Positions 36,741 through 49,085 of a DNA stretch of 64,000 nt are shown here, in pieces. Position 1 is the first letter of the stretch, and each line of letters starts with the position of its first letter. The notes beneath the pieces are model-generated. The model worked only from the letters and a program-made list of their open reading frames with translations. It was not told the DNA's origin and ran no database searches. The stretch is from Octopus sinensis (lineage: Eukaryota), in assembly GCF_006345805.1 (NCBI RefSeq), contig NC_043022.1, positions 4,216,001 to 4,280,000 on the forward strand, read 5' to 3'. The position numbers and the translations under genes are program-made.

Positions 36741-37932
36741 GTGATGTTGCACACTTTGGATGCAAGATTCTTTCATCCAATAATTTGGTAGAAAATAATC
36801 AACCTCAACCAAACATTAGAAAATGGATATGTAGATATATAAAAAAATATATTAAAAAAAAACAAAAGAAAAAAAACAACATTTCTTCCTTCTTTGAGGA
36901 GAAATATCAGTTCTGTTTAGAAGACAACATTCAGTCATCAAACTGCCGCCACCACCATCATCATTACAACCACTACCATCACCACCACCACCACCACAAA
37001 CGTGAACACTAAACCACCATCTCCCTCCTCCTCATCTTAAATAAATATACACATGATTGGAGAATTTGCACAGCTTTCCAATGATATAAGCAGTACACAC
37101 ACGCACAACAACAACAACAACACTAATAATAATAATAATAACAATCATCATCATCATGAAGAGCTTCTGCTAGCGAGCCAGGCTGCTGCTTAGAATTATT
37201 TCAAACATTTGGGTTGAAAAAAAAAACAAAATTCTTCAACAATCGTGGAAAATTTTGAAAAGCGAAAAACACAGCCATCAAGTCTAAATAATTGTTATTG
37301 ATATTTAAAAATATAAAAAAAAAAAAGAGAAGTAGCAGTGCTGGTGGTGGTGAAGGTGGCGGTGTATAAAATATAGTTTTGCAGATAATTTGATTGAAAG
37401 TGTTCAAGAATCAACTCTTGGTTTGGGGCCATGGTGATCTATTATTTAATTTAATAACGACTAAGCGAAGCTAATGTTTGAAAATTTGGTCGATGAAGCC
37501 AACATTCTCTCCTAATTGGCACCACCCACAAGTTTATCAGTTTGTTAGTCATTAATTAGTCGTTAAGTAGGCGTCAGGGATGACTGGCGATTGATTTATG
37601 AAAACCATTATATTCTTCGTTAACAACTGGAATCGCATCGGTTTCGTTACGTGATGATGATGTGAAAATATGCAGAGATGCAATATGAAGCCCAAAGACG
37701 GGTTTTAATACAGTCTGAAGGAATATGAAGACAACAATGAAACATGGCAAGTTGCAGGAGAAATAAGCAAACATAAAAAGCAATTAAAACCTAATTACTC
37801 CACTCCACACCCTATCAATTAGAAAAGATAATTTTAGAAGTTCTCTCCTCCGTTTTCCTCTTGTTTACTCAATCGATGAACACGCTGCTATTTAAACACT
37901 TTACATCCATCTCGAATTACAGGGTCATCATA

Positions 37933-38375
37933 CAGCCTCACTCAACTCCACTTAAAACAGACAAACCAGCGAGCATGAGGCATCCACGTGGTTGTTCCAA
38001 CATGCTAGACATAGCAGCAGAAATACTGGGCAGTTGGGAAGTTGGCTTTGCAGCGATGATTGTCCGGTTTTAGAGCTGCCTCTCTCGAGTGGTATCCTGG
38101 GCAAGTATCTACCCTCCCAGCCTCGGCCCAACCTTTATTCCTTCGGACATATCAGCCTCACTCAACTCCACTTAAAACAGACAAACCAGCGAGCATGAGG
38201 CATCCACGTGGTTGTTCCAACATGCTAGACATAGCAGCAGAAATACTGGGCAGTTGGGAAGTTGGCTTTGCAGCAATGATTGTCCGGTTTTAGAGCTGCC
38301 TCTCTCGAGTGGTATCCTGGGCAAGTATCTACCCTCCCAGCCTCGGCTCAACCTTTATTCTTTCGGACATATCAG
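37933..38375. repeat. 220-bp head-to-tail tandem duplication of otherwise unique sequence
   Basis: Units start at 37933 and 38153 and differ at only a few positions. Confidence 0.95.
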
Positions 38376-38899
38376 TAATTTCCAATGTCCAGCCATGTCA
38401 CACTGTCGCATCCGCCTGACTGAATAATGTGACACCCAAAACCAATGGTAAGATCCTTCCAATCATTTTACATAATGCCAAGAAGAAAACAATGCAATCC
38501 TACTATAAAGAAGTGATGGCCATGGCTGGAATACACTCAGTCAGGAATGACCTGGGGGCTAAACAAAAAACTAAAAGAAAATATTATCGTAAGCCGCCTC
38601 AGTTCTTTTTACCTCGCTTTCCATCGCCAGCTTGATTGCGCCCCGCCCCGCCCTGTGCCACTCCCCCTATTACCACTTTTGATGCCGATCCACCCGAGAC
38701 CACCCCTTGGCTCTACGAAACAAGAAGCCAGCCATTTATGAGTGCATGCATGGGGGCACGTCTGTACTAATGTTTGCCTCCCAGCTATTGCATGACAACC
38801 AGTGTTGGTTTGTTTGCATCCCTGTAACTCAGCAGTTCAGCAAAAGAGACCAATACAGCCCCAGCATGGTCACAGTCTAATGACCAAGGAAAAGGTAAT

Positions 38900-39370
38900 A
38901 TATTCTTTCACTTCTTACAGTCATTTGAATGCGACCATACTGGAGCGCCACCTTAAAGGGTTTTTTTTAGTCAAAAGAAATTGACCCCAGGCCTTATTCT
39001 TTGTAAGCCTGGTACTGATTCTATTGTTCTCTTTTGCCAAACCACTAAGTTACAGGGACATAAACACACCAACATCAGTTGTCAAGTGGTGGTGGTGGGG
39101 GGACAAACAGATACCCACACCTATATATATATATACATACACACACACATATATACACATTTCTATATACATATATATACGCGCATGCACACACACACAC
39201 ACACATACATACATACAGCATGCTTCTTTCAGTTTCCATCTATCAAATCCATTCACAAGGCCTCGGTTGGCTAAAGGCTATAGTAGAAGACGCCTACCCA
39301 AGGTGCCATGCAGTGGGACTGAACCCAGAATCATGTGGTTGGGAAGCAAGCGTCTTATCACAGAGCCACA
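38900..39370 (-). mobile_element. SINE family A
   Basis: Reverse consensus with internal microsatellite. Confidence 0.8.
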
Positions 39371-39548
39371 CCTGCACCTCCACACAGCCACACCTGCACC
39401 TCCACACAGCCACACTTGCACCTCCACACAGCCACACCTGCACCTCCACACAGCCACACCTGCACCTCCACACAGCCACACCTGCACCTCCACACAGCCA
39501 CACCTGCACCTCCACACAGCCACACCTGCACCTCCACACAGCCACACC
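39362..39548. repeat. 22-bp minisatellite (CACACCTGCACCTCCACACAGC) x ~8
   Basis: Directly visible and continuous with the SINE A 5' terminus. Confidence 0.95.
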
Positions 39549-39944
39549 CGCGCGTGCACACACACACACACACACACACAAAGCAAGCATAAGAATGCGG
39601 TCTCTTGTAAAGCCCCGACCCATTTCTAAGAAGTGGGCAGGTGTTTTAATGGAACGATGCCACGCAAATTAGCATCGGAAAGAGGAGAGAAGAGCCAGTA
39701 ACCACGTAACCAGACAGGGAGATGATAACAACCAAGTTACAAGCATTCAACAGTCGGTTATCAGATATGAAGCGCTGTTTGGTTGGAGATTCCAACTTCA
39801 ATGGTTCTCGAGGTTTTCACCGTTCAACAGGTTAATAGCAAAACTGACAGAGCAAATACAGGCTGCTGCGAGATTGATGTTGCTGATGATGAGGGCTCGA
39901 AACAAAATATTAATGACGGATACACCCAAAGCTTATCATATCTC

Positions 39945-40305
39945 ATATCTTTTTGTTTCAGCCATAAGACTGCGGCCATGCTGGGGCAATTGTTTGAAGG
40001 ATCTTTTGCTAAACAAATCGACCGCGGTAATTATGTTTTATTTTTAAGCCTGGTACTTATTCTATCAGCCTCTTTAGCTGAACTGCTATGTTATAGGGAT
40101 CTAAACACACCAACACCAGTTGGCAAGCAGTAGTGGGGGGGTGGGAGGCAAACACACGACACAGGCTTCTTTCAGTTTCCATGGACTGAATCCCCTCGCA
40201 AGGCCTTAGTTGGCCTGAGGCTAAGATACTTGCCCGAGGTGCCACACAGTGGGGCTGAACCTGGAACCATGTGGTTGGGAAGCAAACTTCTTACCACACA
40301 GCCAG
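39945..40305 (-). mobile_element. SINE family A, degenerate
   Basis: Reverse consensus. Confidence 0.75.
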
Positions 40306-40507
40306 GCCTTATTGCTTCTTTTTAGAATTTCATTCTCGGATAAATGCAAGAGGCTGGAAATGGCTCCATATTCAGCCTCGGGTGTCAACATAAAACAAGC
40401 AGACTATTTCGGAGAAACTTTCAAAATATAAAGATCCGGAAACAGAGGGAACTCGAATGTGGAACCTAAAAACAGAAACAATTCCTATTCTAGTGGGCAC
40501 ATTAGGT

Positions 40508-40780
40508 ATACTCTTTTACTTGTTTCAGTCATTTGACTGCACCCATGCTGGAGCACCGCCTTTTAGTCGAGCAAATCGACCCAAGGACTTATTCTTTTTA
40601 AGCCTAGTACTTATTCTATCGGTCTCTTTTGCCTAACCGCTAAGTAACGGGGACGTAAACATACCAGCATCGGTTGTCAAGCGATGTTGGGGGGACAAAC
40701 ACAGACACACAAACACATATATATACATATACATACATACATACATATATATATATATATATTATATATATATATAATAT

Positions 40781-40813
<33 letters not shown>

Positions 40814-40971
40814 GACAGGCTTCTTTCAGTTTCCGTCTACCAAATCCACTCACAAGGTTTTGGTCGGCCCGAGGCTATAGTAGAAGACACTTGCCCAAGG
40901 TGCCACGCAGTGGGACTGAACCCGGAACCGTGTGGTTGGCAAGCAAGCTACTTACCACACAGCCACTCCTG
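40508..40971 (-). mobile_element. SINE family A, full length
   Basis: Near-consensus reverse copy. Confidence 0.9.
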
Positions 40972-41200
40972 ATAAAAAGTATTCAGGCAAATACATAACA
41001 AAAACACCAGGACTAACAAGTATATATAACATACAGAAAACAGCACTACAGGGCACTGCAAGCCTCCTACGTAAAACACTTTCAATACAGTAACCATAAG
41101 AGCATCACAACAAACCACTGCCCATACCCCAAGGCACACAGAGGTGCGCTCGGTAGTGCAGTGAAAGCACATGATAAGAATAGGACTATTGAACAACGAC
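40971..41200 (+). mobile_element. 3' end of an R4/Dong-like restriction-endonuclease (RLE) non-LTR retrotransposon, family 1
   Basis: 40971-41093 reads DKKYSGKYITKTPGLTSIYNIQKTALQGTASLLRKTLSIQ*, matching the RLE C-terminal QK..LLGTA.ILRK.L motif. Confidence 0.75.
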
Positions 41201-41224
41201 ACCAATGGAGGATGTTAAAGGTTA

Positions 41225-41495
41225 AAGGTTGAGCTTATAATAATTGGTGTGTGGGGAATAGTAAGCCAAGGTATAGACAAATGGCTGAAGGAGATTCAAA
41301 TAGAATGCCTGGTAGAGCTCCGACAGAAAGTTTGTCTCTTAGGGACAGCAAAGGTTATCATATCAGAAAGGTTCTAAGCACTTGAAAGACTGCAAAAAAC
41401 TTGTGGATACCTGAGGTTACAGGTAGTAACCTGCTCCCCAAAGTAAATACTACCAGGAATAACACCGAACCTGAGCCAAACCAAAATAATCCTTC
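41225..41495 (+). mobile_element. 3' end of a second R4/Dong-like RLE element, family 2
   Basis: KVELIIIGVWGIVSQGIDKWLKEIQIECLVELRQKVCLLGTA.../IRKVLST* matches the V.P.IIGALG.....LQK..LLGTA.I.RKVL motif. Confidence 0.75.
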
Positions 41496-41695
41496 CTACT
41501 AGAGAGGCACAAGGCCTGAAATTTTGGGGGAGGGGTCCAGTCGATTATATCAACCCCAGTGTTTTACTGGTACTTAATTTATCAACTCCGAAAGGATGAA
41601 AGGCAAAGTTAACCTCGGCAGAATTTGAACTCTGAACATCGCAGTAGATAAAATACAATTAAGCACTTCACCCGCTTCTGCCAGATCACCACCTT
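41495..41695 (-). mobile_element. SINE family B variant
   Basis: Family core and B-box in reverse. Confidence 0.75.
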
Positions 41696-42239
41696 AATAA
41701 TAACAATAATAATAATGATGATGATAATCTATATTAGGGTTTTCTTAATAAAATGATGTTAACAGTATCGTTTTGCGAGGAGGGAGATATAACAGTAAGA
41801 AATTAACCAAAATTACAATTTAATTATAACAACACTAATTATTATCAGTTTTTGAAGAATTTTAAATTGATTTAAATCAAGTCATGTTTTTCATAAATTG
41901 ATTTAAAACCAAATCATGTTTCGGCTTTAATATTTCGCTAACGACGAAAAGAAACAAAACTGAAATCATTAGTAGTTGATAGGGGTTACAAGTGTTAAAA
42001 ATAGAAAAAAAGAAAAGCAAAAAAATTAATTACAATCTGCAGAATATAAAAAATAAAAAAATAGAGAAATTTAATACATATTTTGAAACCAACTGTAGAA
42101 AACAAATTAATTAGTGACATGCTTCAGTGTATAAAATCATTTTGCAGTGGATGGTCGTTTATTACTCGGTGATCAAACGATAATCAAAAATAAACTGTCA
42201 TGTTTTAATTAAGTCAAATATAATAACTAATTGTGGAAA

Positions 42240-42500
42240 CATGTGGCTTAGTGGTTAGAGTGTAGCATTCGTGAATGTGGGATTGCGGTTTCAATTCCCG
42301 GACCAGTGTTGCATTGTGTCTATGAGCAAAAAGACTGCTCCATGTTGCTGCAGGCCACTCAACCGTAAACGAGTGACCCTGCGACTGACTGGTATGTTGG
42401 CCTGCCCTCTTTCCTACCCAGCAGGGTGGTATCTCATTCAAAAGCTATAACAATGTGAGGAAGCGCACTGTGACCAGCAGTGTGTGACAACATTCAATAA
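42240..42500 (+). mobile_element. SINE family E-type
   Basis: TGGCTTAGTGGTTAGAG A-box, GGTTTCAATTCCC B-box, core. Confidence 0.7.
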
Positions 42501-42617
42501 TCTGCTAAGTTAAAAATGTTGGGGCAAGAACCAGGGGAAGTTGAGGTTTCTAAGAGAGAGCAAAAAGACTACAATGAAAATTATTATTATATCTGTGGGT
42601 TTAGTTTACCATTTACT

Positions 42618-42890
42618 CATCATCATCATCATCATCATCGTTTAACGTCCGTTCTCCATGCTAGCATGGGTTGGACGGTTCGACCGGGGATCTGGGAAGC
42701 CAGAAGGCTGCACCAGGCTCCAGTCTTATCTGGCAATGTTTCTACAGCTGGATGCCCTTCCTAACGCCAACCACTCCGTGAGTGTAGTGGCTGCTTTTTA
42801 CGTGCCACCCGCACAGGTGACAGGCGAGGCTGGCAACGGCCACGGTCGGATTGGTGTATTTTATGTGCCGTCTGCGGCCATGCTGGGGCA
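42618..42890 (-). mobile_element. RTE 3' UTR fragment
   Basis: (CAT)n CGTTTAACGTCC...GGATGCCCTTCCTAACGCCAACC. Confidence 0.85.
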
Positions 42891-42917
42891 CTGTCCTGAA
42901 GTATTTAGCCAAACAAA

Positions 42918-43310
42918 TACAGTAGAACATCGCAGTACAAGTGCCCCATTGTACGAGTAATTTGCTGTACGATCCATGACTCGTGTGAATTTTTGTCTTG
43001 AAGTACAAGCAGAAATCCACAGTACGACCACAAAAATCGTCCCATCTTTCAGGTAATTCAGTGAATAAAACCAGTTTACATATTTCTTTTGCATTCTTTT
43101 TTTCCTATAATTGTCATTTTACTTGTAACTACACCTTTTCTGTTTTAAAACCCACAGAAAATTATTTTGGGGTGGTTTTGGGGGACTGAAATGGATTAAT
43201 TATATTTTAGTTAATTTCAAATGGGGAAAACTGATTTGTAAAACGAGTAAATCGTTAAGACGAGCTCAGTCAGGGAACGAATTAAACTCATACTGTGTGG
43301 TATCAATGTA
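42918..43310. mobile_element. pogo/Tigger-like MITE
   Basis: TA-flanked ends TACAGTAGAACATCGCAGTACAAGT and ACTCATACTGTGTGGTATCAATGTA form a degenerate TIR. Internal GGATTAATT...TTTCAAATGGGGAAAA and GAACGAATTAAACTC motifs are recalled from Tigger-type MITEs. Confidence 0.55.
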
Positions 43311-44537
43311 CTTGCTTTTTTTTAAAAGCCTGATACTATTCTATTGTCCTTTTTTTCACACCAAGTACTTAGTTACAGGGAATGTCACCAAACCAACAGC
43401 GGTTGTCAAGCAATGGTGGGGTGGCAAACAGACACATACACTGTCTAACAGCTGTCTGCCCCTAAGTAGGTCCTCTACATGTGAACCGCCTCCAGGATTC
43501 TCTATATTGGCCCCAGGAGGGCCTGTGCCCACGTCTGCCATTGTTACATAGATTACTGGTACGACTAGTCCTAAGATCAATACTTGCGTGGTTTCCTGTT
43601 GTCTTCTCCAGGCAGGTGGGATTTGAACTCAGAATGTAGAGGGCCGGAAGCGATACTACAAAGCATCTCTGCCGATGTGCCAATGATTCTGCAATTCTCC
43701 CACCTGCAGAGCAAAGTGAAATGAAGAGTTTTGCTCAAGGTCACAATGTACCACCCAATCCAGGAACCAAACCCACAACCCAGCAATTCTGAGTGTCACA
43801 CCCTAATCACTAGGCCACACAATGTGCCTTCACATGAGTGCATGGGTGTGTGTGTGAATGTGGGCATGTGTGTGGGTGTGCATGTGATGGGCTTCTTTCA
43901 GATTCTGTCAACCAAATTCACTCACAAAATCTTAACACTCATCCAGAGTCCCACAATAGGACTGAACCTGGAACCATGCAATTGAGAAGCAAACTGCTTA
44001 CCACACAGCCACACTGTTTCCTAAGAATCTACTTTGCTCTACTAATCTCATCATTAATAACTTAACAGCAACAACGATGCTGATTCTACATTGATTTGTT
44101 TCTATTCTGTTCTGAACATGAAATATAAAAGCCAAAGATTCCACTACATTTTATAACCATTGCAATAAAATAAGAGTTTAACCTCTCTAAACATTAACAA
44201 AACAACAAGTGCTTCTGTGCAAACAATTCAATGTCTCTACATTGATCAAACTCATGACACACAGACCTACAACTTACTAGGTTAACACAGCAACAAAATT
44301 GATCTCTCCTGCATAATAATCTATGACTAAAATACACAAGGATGAACAAAAGTAGGCAGACAGCTGCTCGGATTAAAGCATTCACTCACAAGTCCCCAGA
44401 AATCAAAAATGAGGGCTTCCAATGAACTAGGCATCTCCTACAGGTCCCTTCCTTGACTTTGAAAGGTTTACAAAAGAAATAGAGAAACAGAAAGAATATT
44501 CTACTCATATTAAGCAACTGTACACCTTTTAGTGGAA

Positions 44538-45075
44538 GTGCATGGCTTAGTGGTTAGGGAGTTGGACTCATCATCATCATCATCGTTTAGCATCCGCTTT
44601 CCATGCTGGCATGGGTTGGACGGTTCAACTGGGGTCTGGGAAGCCAGGAGACTGCACCAGGCCCAGTTTCTATGGCTGGATGCCCTTCCTAACGCCAACC
44701 ACTCCGTGAGTGTAGTTGATGCTTTTTTATGTGCCACCGGCACGGAGGCCAGGCAAGGCTGGCAACGGCCATGATCGGATGGTGCTTTTTACGTGCCACT
44801 GGCATGGAGGCCAGTCAGGGCAGCGCTGGCAACGGCCACATTCGGATGGTTCTCTTACGTGCCACCGGCACTGGTATCACAGCTACAATTTCCATTGATG
44901 TTGATCGATTTTGACTTTGTTCAATTCCTGGACTGGGGAACGCATTGTGTTCTTGAGCAAAACACTTCATTTCACATTGCTCCAGTCCACTCAGCTGGCA
45001 AAAAAGAGTGATCCTGTGAGGGACTGGCATCCCATCCAGGTGCAGAATTTATACGACACGAAACCTGGAAATTGG
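44538..45075 (+). mobile_element. SINE family E interrupted by an antisense RTE 3' UTR (~44571-44914)
   Basis: The E head ends GGACTCA, then the (CAT)n RTE tail follows. The E sequence resumes at TTCAATTCCTGGACTGGG. Confidence 0.8.
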
Positions 45076-45164
45076 CCTTTATGAGTCAGTGTGACTCGAG
45101 AGGGCAATTTTATCTTTTTACTTTTCTACCTTTTGTGCAACCCTGAATATATTTATATTTATAT

Positions 45165-45548
45165 CAGGAGTGGCTGTGTGGTAAGTAGCTTGCTAACCAA
45201 CCACATGGTTCCGGGTTCAGTCCCACTGTGTGACATCTTGGGCAAGTGTCTTCTGCTATAGCTCCGGGCCGACCAATGCCTTGTGAGTGGATTTGGTAGA
45301 TGGAAACTGAAAGAAGCCTGTCGCATATATCTATATATTTATGTTTGTGTTTGTGTGTCTGTGTTTGTCGCCCCTAGCATTGCTTGACAACCGATGCTGG
45401 TGTGTTTACGTCCCCGTCACTTAGCGGTTCGGCAAAAAGAGACCGATAGAATAAGTACTGGGCTTACAAAGAATAAGTCCCGGGGTCGATTTGCTCGACT
45501 AAAGGCGGTGCTCCAGTATGGCCGCAGTCAAATGACTGAAACAAGTAC
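45165..45548 (+). mobile_element. SINE family A, full length
   Basis: Near consensus. Confidence 0.9.
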
Positions 45549-45687
45549 AAAAAACAAACAAAAAAAAAATGTACATGTACACATGTACAAGATTCAGTTT
45601 GCTCCTCTGGTCTGTACCCGTGCTATGCTAATGTTATGTCTGAATTTGCCAAGAGAGACTTTGTGGGAAGTACTATTCAATATACAG

Positions 45688-46090
45688 CTGGGAGGGCTGT
45701 GTGGTAAAAAGTTTGCTTCCCAACCACATGGTTCTGGGTTCAATCCCACTGCTTGGCACCTTGGGCAAGTCTCTTCTAAAATAACCATGGGCCAACCAGA
45801 GCATTATGAAAGGATTTGGTCGATGGAAACTGAAAGAAGCCCATTTATACACACACACACATATATATATGACATAATATATGTGCCTGATTTTGTCCTC
45901 CACTACTGCTTGACAACCAGTGTTGGTGTGTTTACATCCCTGTAACTTAGCAGTTCAACAAAAGACACCGATAGGGTAAGTACCAGGCTTTAAAAAAAAA
46001 GTACTGGAGTCGATTCATTTGACCAAAAACTCTTCAAGACGGTGCCCCAGCATGGCCGCAATCCAATGACAGACACAAGTGAAAGATACA
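45688..46090 (+). mobile_element. SINE family A, older variant
   Basis: Head, core and 3' CCAGCATGGCCGCAATCCAATGAC. Confidence 0.8.
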
Positions 46091-46159
46091 GGACTATCCA
46101 CATTCGATTAGAAAATAAAAACAAAACATGCAACCACACACACACATATCTGTGTGTGT

Positions 46160-46188
46160 GTTTTTAGATACATATATATATATTATAT

Positions 46189-46242
<54 letters not shown>

Positions 46243-46708
46243 CATACATACATACATATATATATGTATATACAATCATACATACATACATACATACATA
46301 TATATACATACATACATACATATACATATATACATATACATACATACATATATACATACATATATATATATACATACATATATATACACATATACATACA
46401 TATATATATACACATATACACATACATATATATATATACATACATATATATATACACATATACATACATACATATATACACATATACATACATACATATA
46501 TACACATATACATACATATATATATACACATATACACATACATACATACATATATATACATACATATACATATACATATATACATACATACATATATACA
46601 CATATACATACATACATATATACACATATACATACAATATATATATATATATATACACACACATACATATACATACATATATACATATATACATACATAT
46701 ATACATAC

Positions 46709-46768
<60 letters not shown>

Positions 46769-46800
46769 ATGCATACATATACACACACACACACAAACAG
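46160..46800. repeat. (TA/TACA/CA)n compound microsatellite
   Basis: Directly visible. Confidence 0.95.
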
Positions 46801-48729
46801 CTGTCAATAAAATATAAAAATGTTTTCAAAACCACCATTCATGCAGTTTCTTTTATCAATCCTACATACATCAATACACACACACACACACACACACACA
46901 CACTCATATAAATGGGAATATAACTTTTAGTAGCTTAGCCCGCTGTTGATTCCAAGCTAACATTTGATTAATTCAGTTTAGAAAGTTGCAACAACAGAGA
47001 GGGTGGGGAGGCGGTGGTGGTGGTGGTAGTAGTGGTGATGGCTGGGCATGGTGGGGTGGGCCAGTTGAACGCTATAATTTGAGATCAATCAGGGATAAAA
47101 GAAAGACTAGCAAGCCATCTCTAACAATCTAACAATCAATACAAAGCTGTAACAGACGTCAACAAGCAATCAAATATGACAAATATCCACACAGAAATAT
47201 TGAATTTCCACTGAAGGACATGATGGCGCTGGGAGGGAGGGAGGGAGAGAGAGAGAGCGAGACGGAGAGAGAGTCAGATCTCCTGGGTGAGGGCAGCGAC
47301 CAGCAGATGAGGTGAAGGCAAGCATCCACTCACTGAGGAGATCCAACACTTTGCTGGGTGGACTTTGGGGATTTCCCATGACCACTACTACTTTACAAGC
47401 GAACAAGAATGTCTTGATGCAGTTGCTTGACTCTCCAAACCACACCACAGTATCTTTTAGTGGGGGGTACCAGGCTGTATATTGCAGTCCATGGGGTGCA
47501 CAACTGTTTGGAATGGTCAATCACACAAGATCTGGAGCTCAACAATATTCAGCAATTTTATTCTAAAATCTTTCACTCTTTAGCAATTAAATTACTCAAT
47601 CAAACAGAAAGCTTATTTATTCCCACTGCTTTCAATTAATCATGCAATTATCTCATAGCTTTGAGATTTCAATGATGTCACTGTTTTCAGAATAACACTG
47701 CAGGGAAGGTGTGAGAGGCTGGATAAAGCAGGTTGAACATTTAATATATGTATATATATATTTCATTGTTGCCCACAGGGAGCTAAACATAGAGCGGACA
47801 AACAAAGACAAAGGGACTAAGTCGATTACATCGACCCCAGTGCATAACTGGTACTTATTTTAATCGGCCCCAAAAGGATGAAAGGCAAAGTCGATCTCGG
47901 TGGAATTTGAACTCAGAACGTAACGGAAGACGAAATACCACTAAGCATTTCGCCAATAAGCAATTCTGCCAGCTTGCTGCCCTTCATATATGTATATATT
48001 ACTGACATGTGTATATATATATATATATATATTTCTTTACTGCCCACAAGGGGCTAAACACAGAGGGGACAAACAAGGACAGACAAACGGATTAAGTCTA
48101 TTATATCGACCCCAGTGCATAACTGGTACTTAATTTATCGAGCCCGAAAGGATGAAAGGCAAAGTCTTGTGTGTGTAGTGCCATTTTGTGAATTGTGAAT
48201 ATACATTCCTTATTTCTTTATTGCCCACAAGGGGCTAAACATAGAAGGGACAAACAAGGACAGACAAATGGATTAAGTCGATTATGTCTACTCCAGTGTG
48301 TAACTGGTACTTAATTTATCGACCCCGAAAGGATGAAAGGCAAAGTCGACCTCGGCGGAATTTGAACTCAAAACGTAGCGGCAGACGAAATACTGCTAAG
48401 CATTTCGCCCGGCGTGCTAACGTTTCTGCCAGCTATATATCAATCATTAACATTAACGCTTTGACATTCAGATTACAGTCAAACGTAAAGATTATGTTCT
48501 TTTAATTAATTATGCATTATCTTGTAGCTTTGAGATTTCAATGATGTGAGAATGGCATGGTAGGGTAGGTGGGCGAGGTTGGATGTGGTCAATCTGAACA
48601 CAAAACAGGTAGGATATCTGGACTGGATAAGGTGCGCTTAAATGCTAAACATATGATAGGATCAGTTACAATGTGTACTGTTTGTACTGTTAAAAAAGTT
48701 TTAATCAACTGAGCTTGTTTTTTTTTTTT

Positions 48730-49085
48730 ATTACCTCAGCCATAGCGAAGGCGGAGGTATTGTTTTCAGTTGTGTTTGTTTGTCTGTCCGTGGACAAGAT
48801 ATCTCAAGAACCACTGGATGTATTCAGATGAAACTTTCAGGGATGTTTGGCCCCGTGACTGGCACAAACTGATTAGATTTTGGGATCGATCTTGTACCGG
48901 ACAAGGATTCTGGATTATTTTTCCAGTTTCTTAACTTAAATTTTGAGAGTAGTCAGGTTCATTTTTAGTATTCTTGTTCGTCAGAGCAGTTTATTTCAGA
49001 TATTCCCATTTTAAAACTCATCTCTGGCTAATCGTTGAGAGGACATTGGTGTTGCCTTGGCAGAGGTTTGCACTCTCTGGATGCT
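48730..49085 (+). mobile_element. Helentron-associated non-autonomous element (HINE/DINE-1-like)
   Basis: 5' hairpin TACCTCAGCC-n8-GGCGGAGGTA, GTTTGTCTGTCCGT tract, 3' subTIR TTGGCAGAGGT, terminal hairpin GCACTCTCTGGATGC, T-rich flanks. Confidence 0.7.

Noticed and set aside
36400-36812. His/Pro/Thr-rich ORFs
   Set aside because: Translation of a (GGT)n-type tract.
39880-39905. CTGATGATGAGGGCTCGAAAC, resembling a Penelope-type hammerhead core (CTGANGA-T-G...C-GAAAC)
   Set aside because: Stem II would be only 2-3 bp, and I found no compatible stem I/III or GUH cleavage triplet on either side. At most a dead remnant.
47170-47640. Several overlapping 70-116 aa ORFs in unique sequence
   Set aside because: No recognisable domain and no consistent splice signals.
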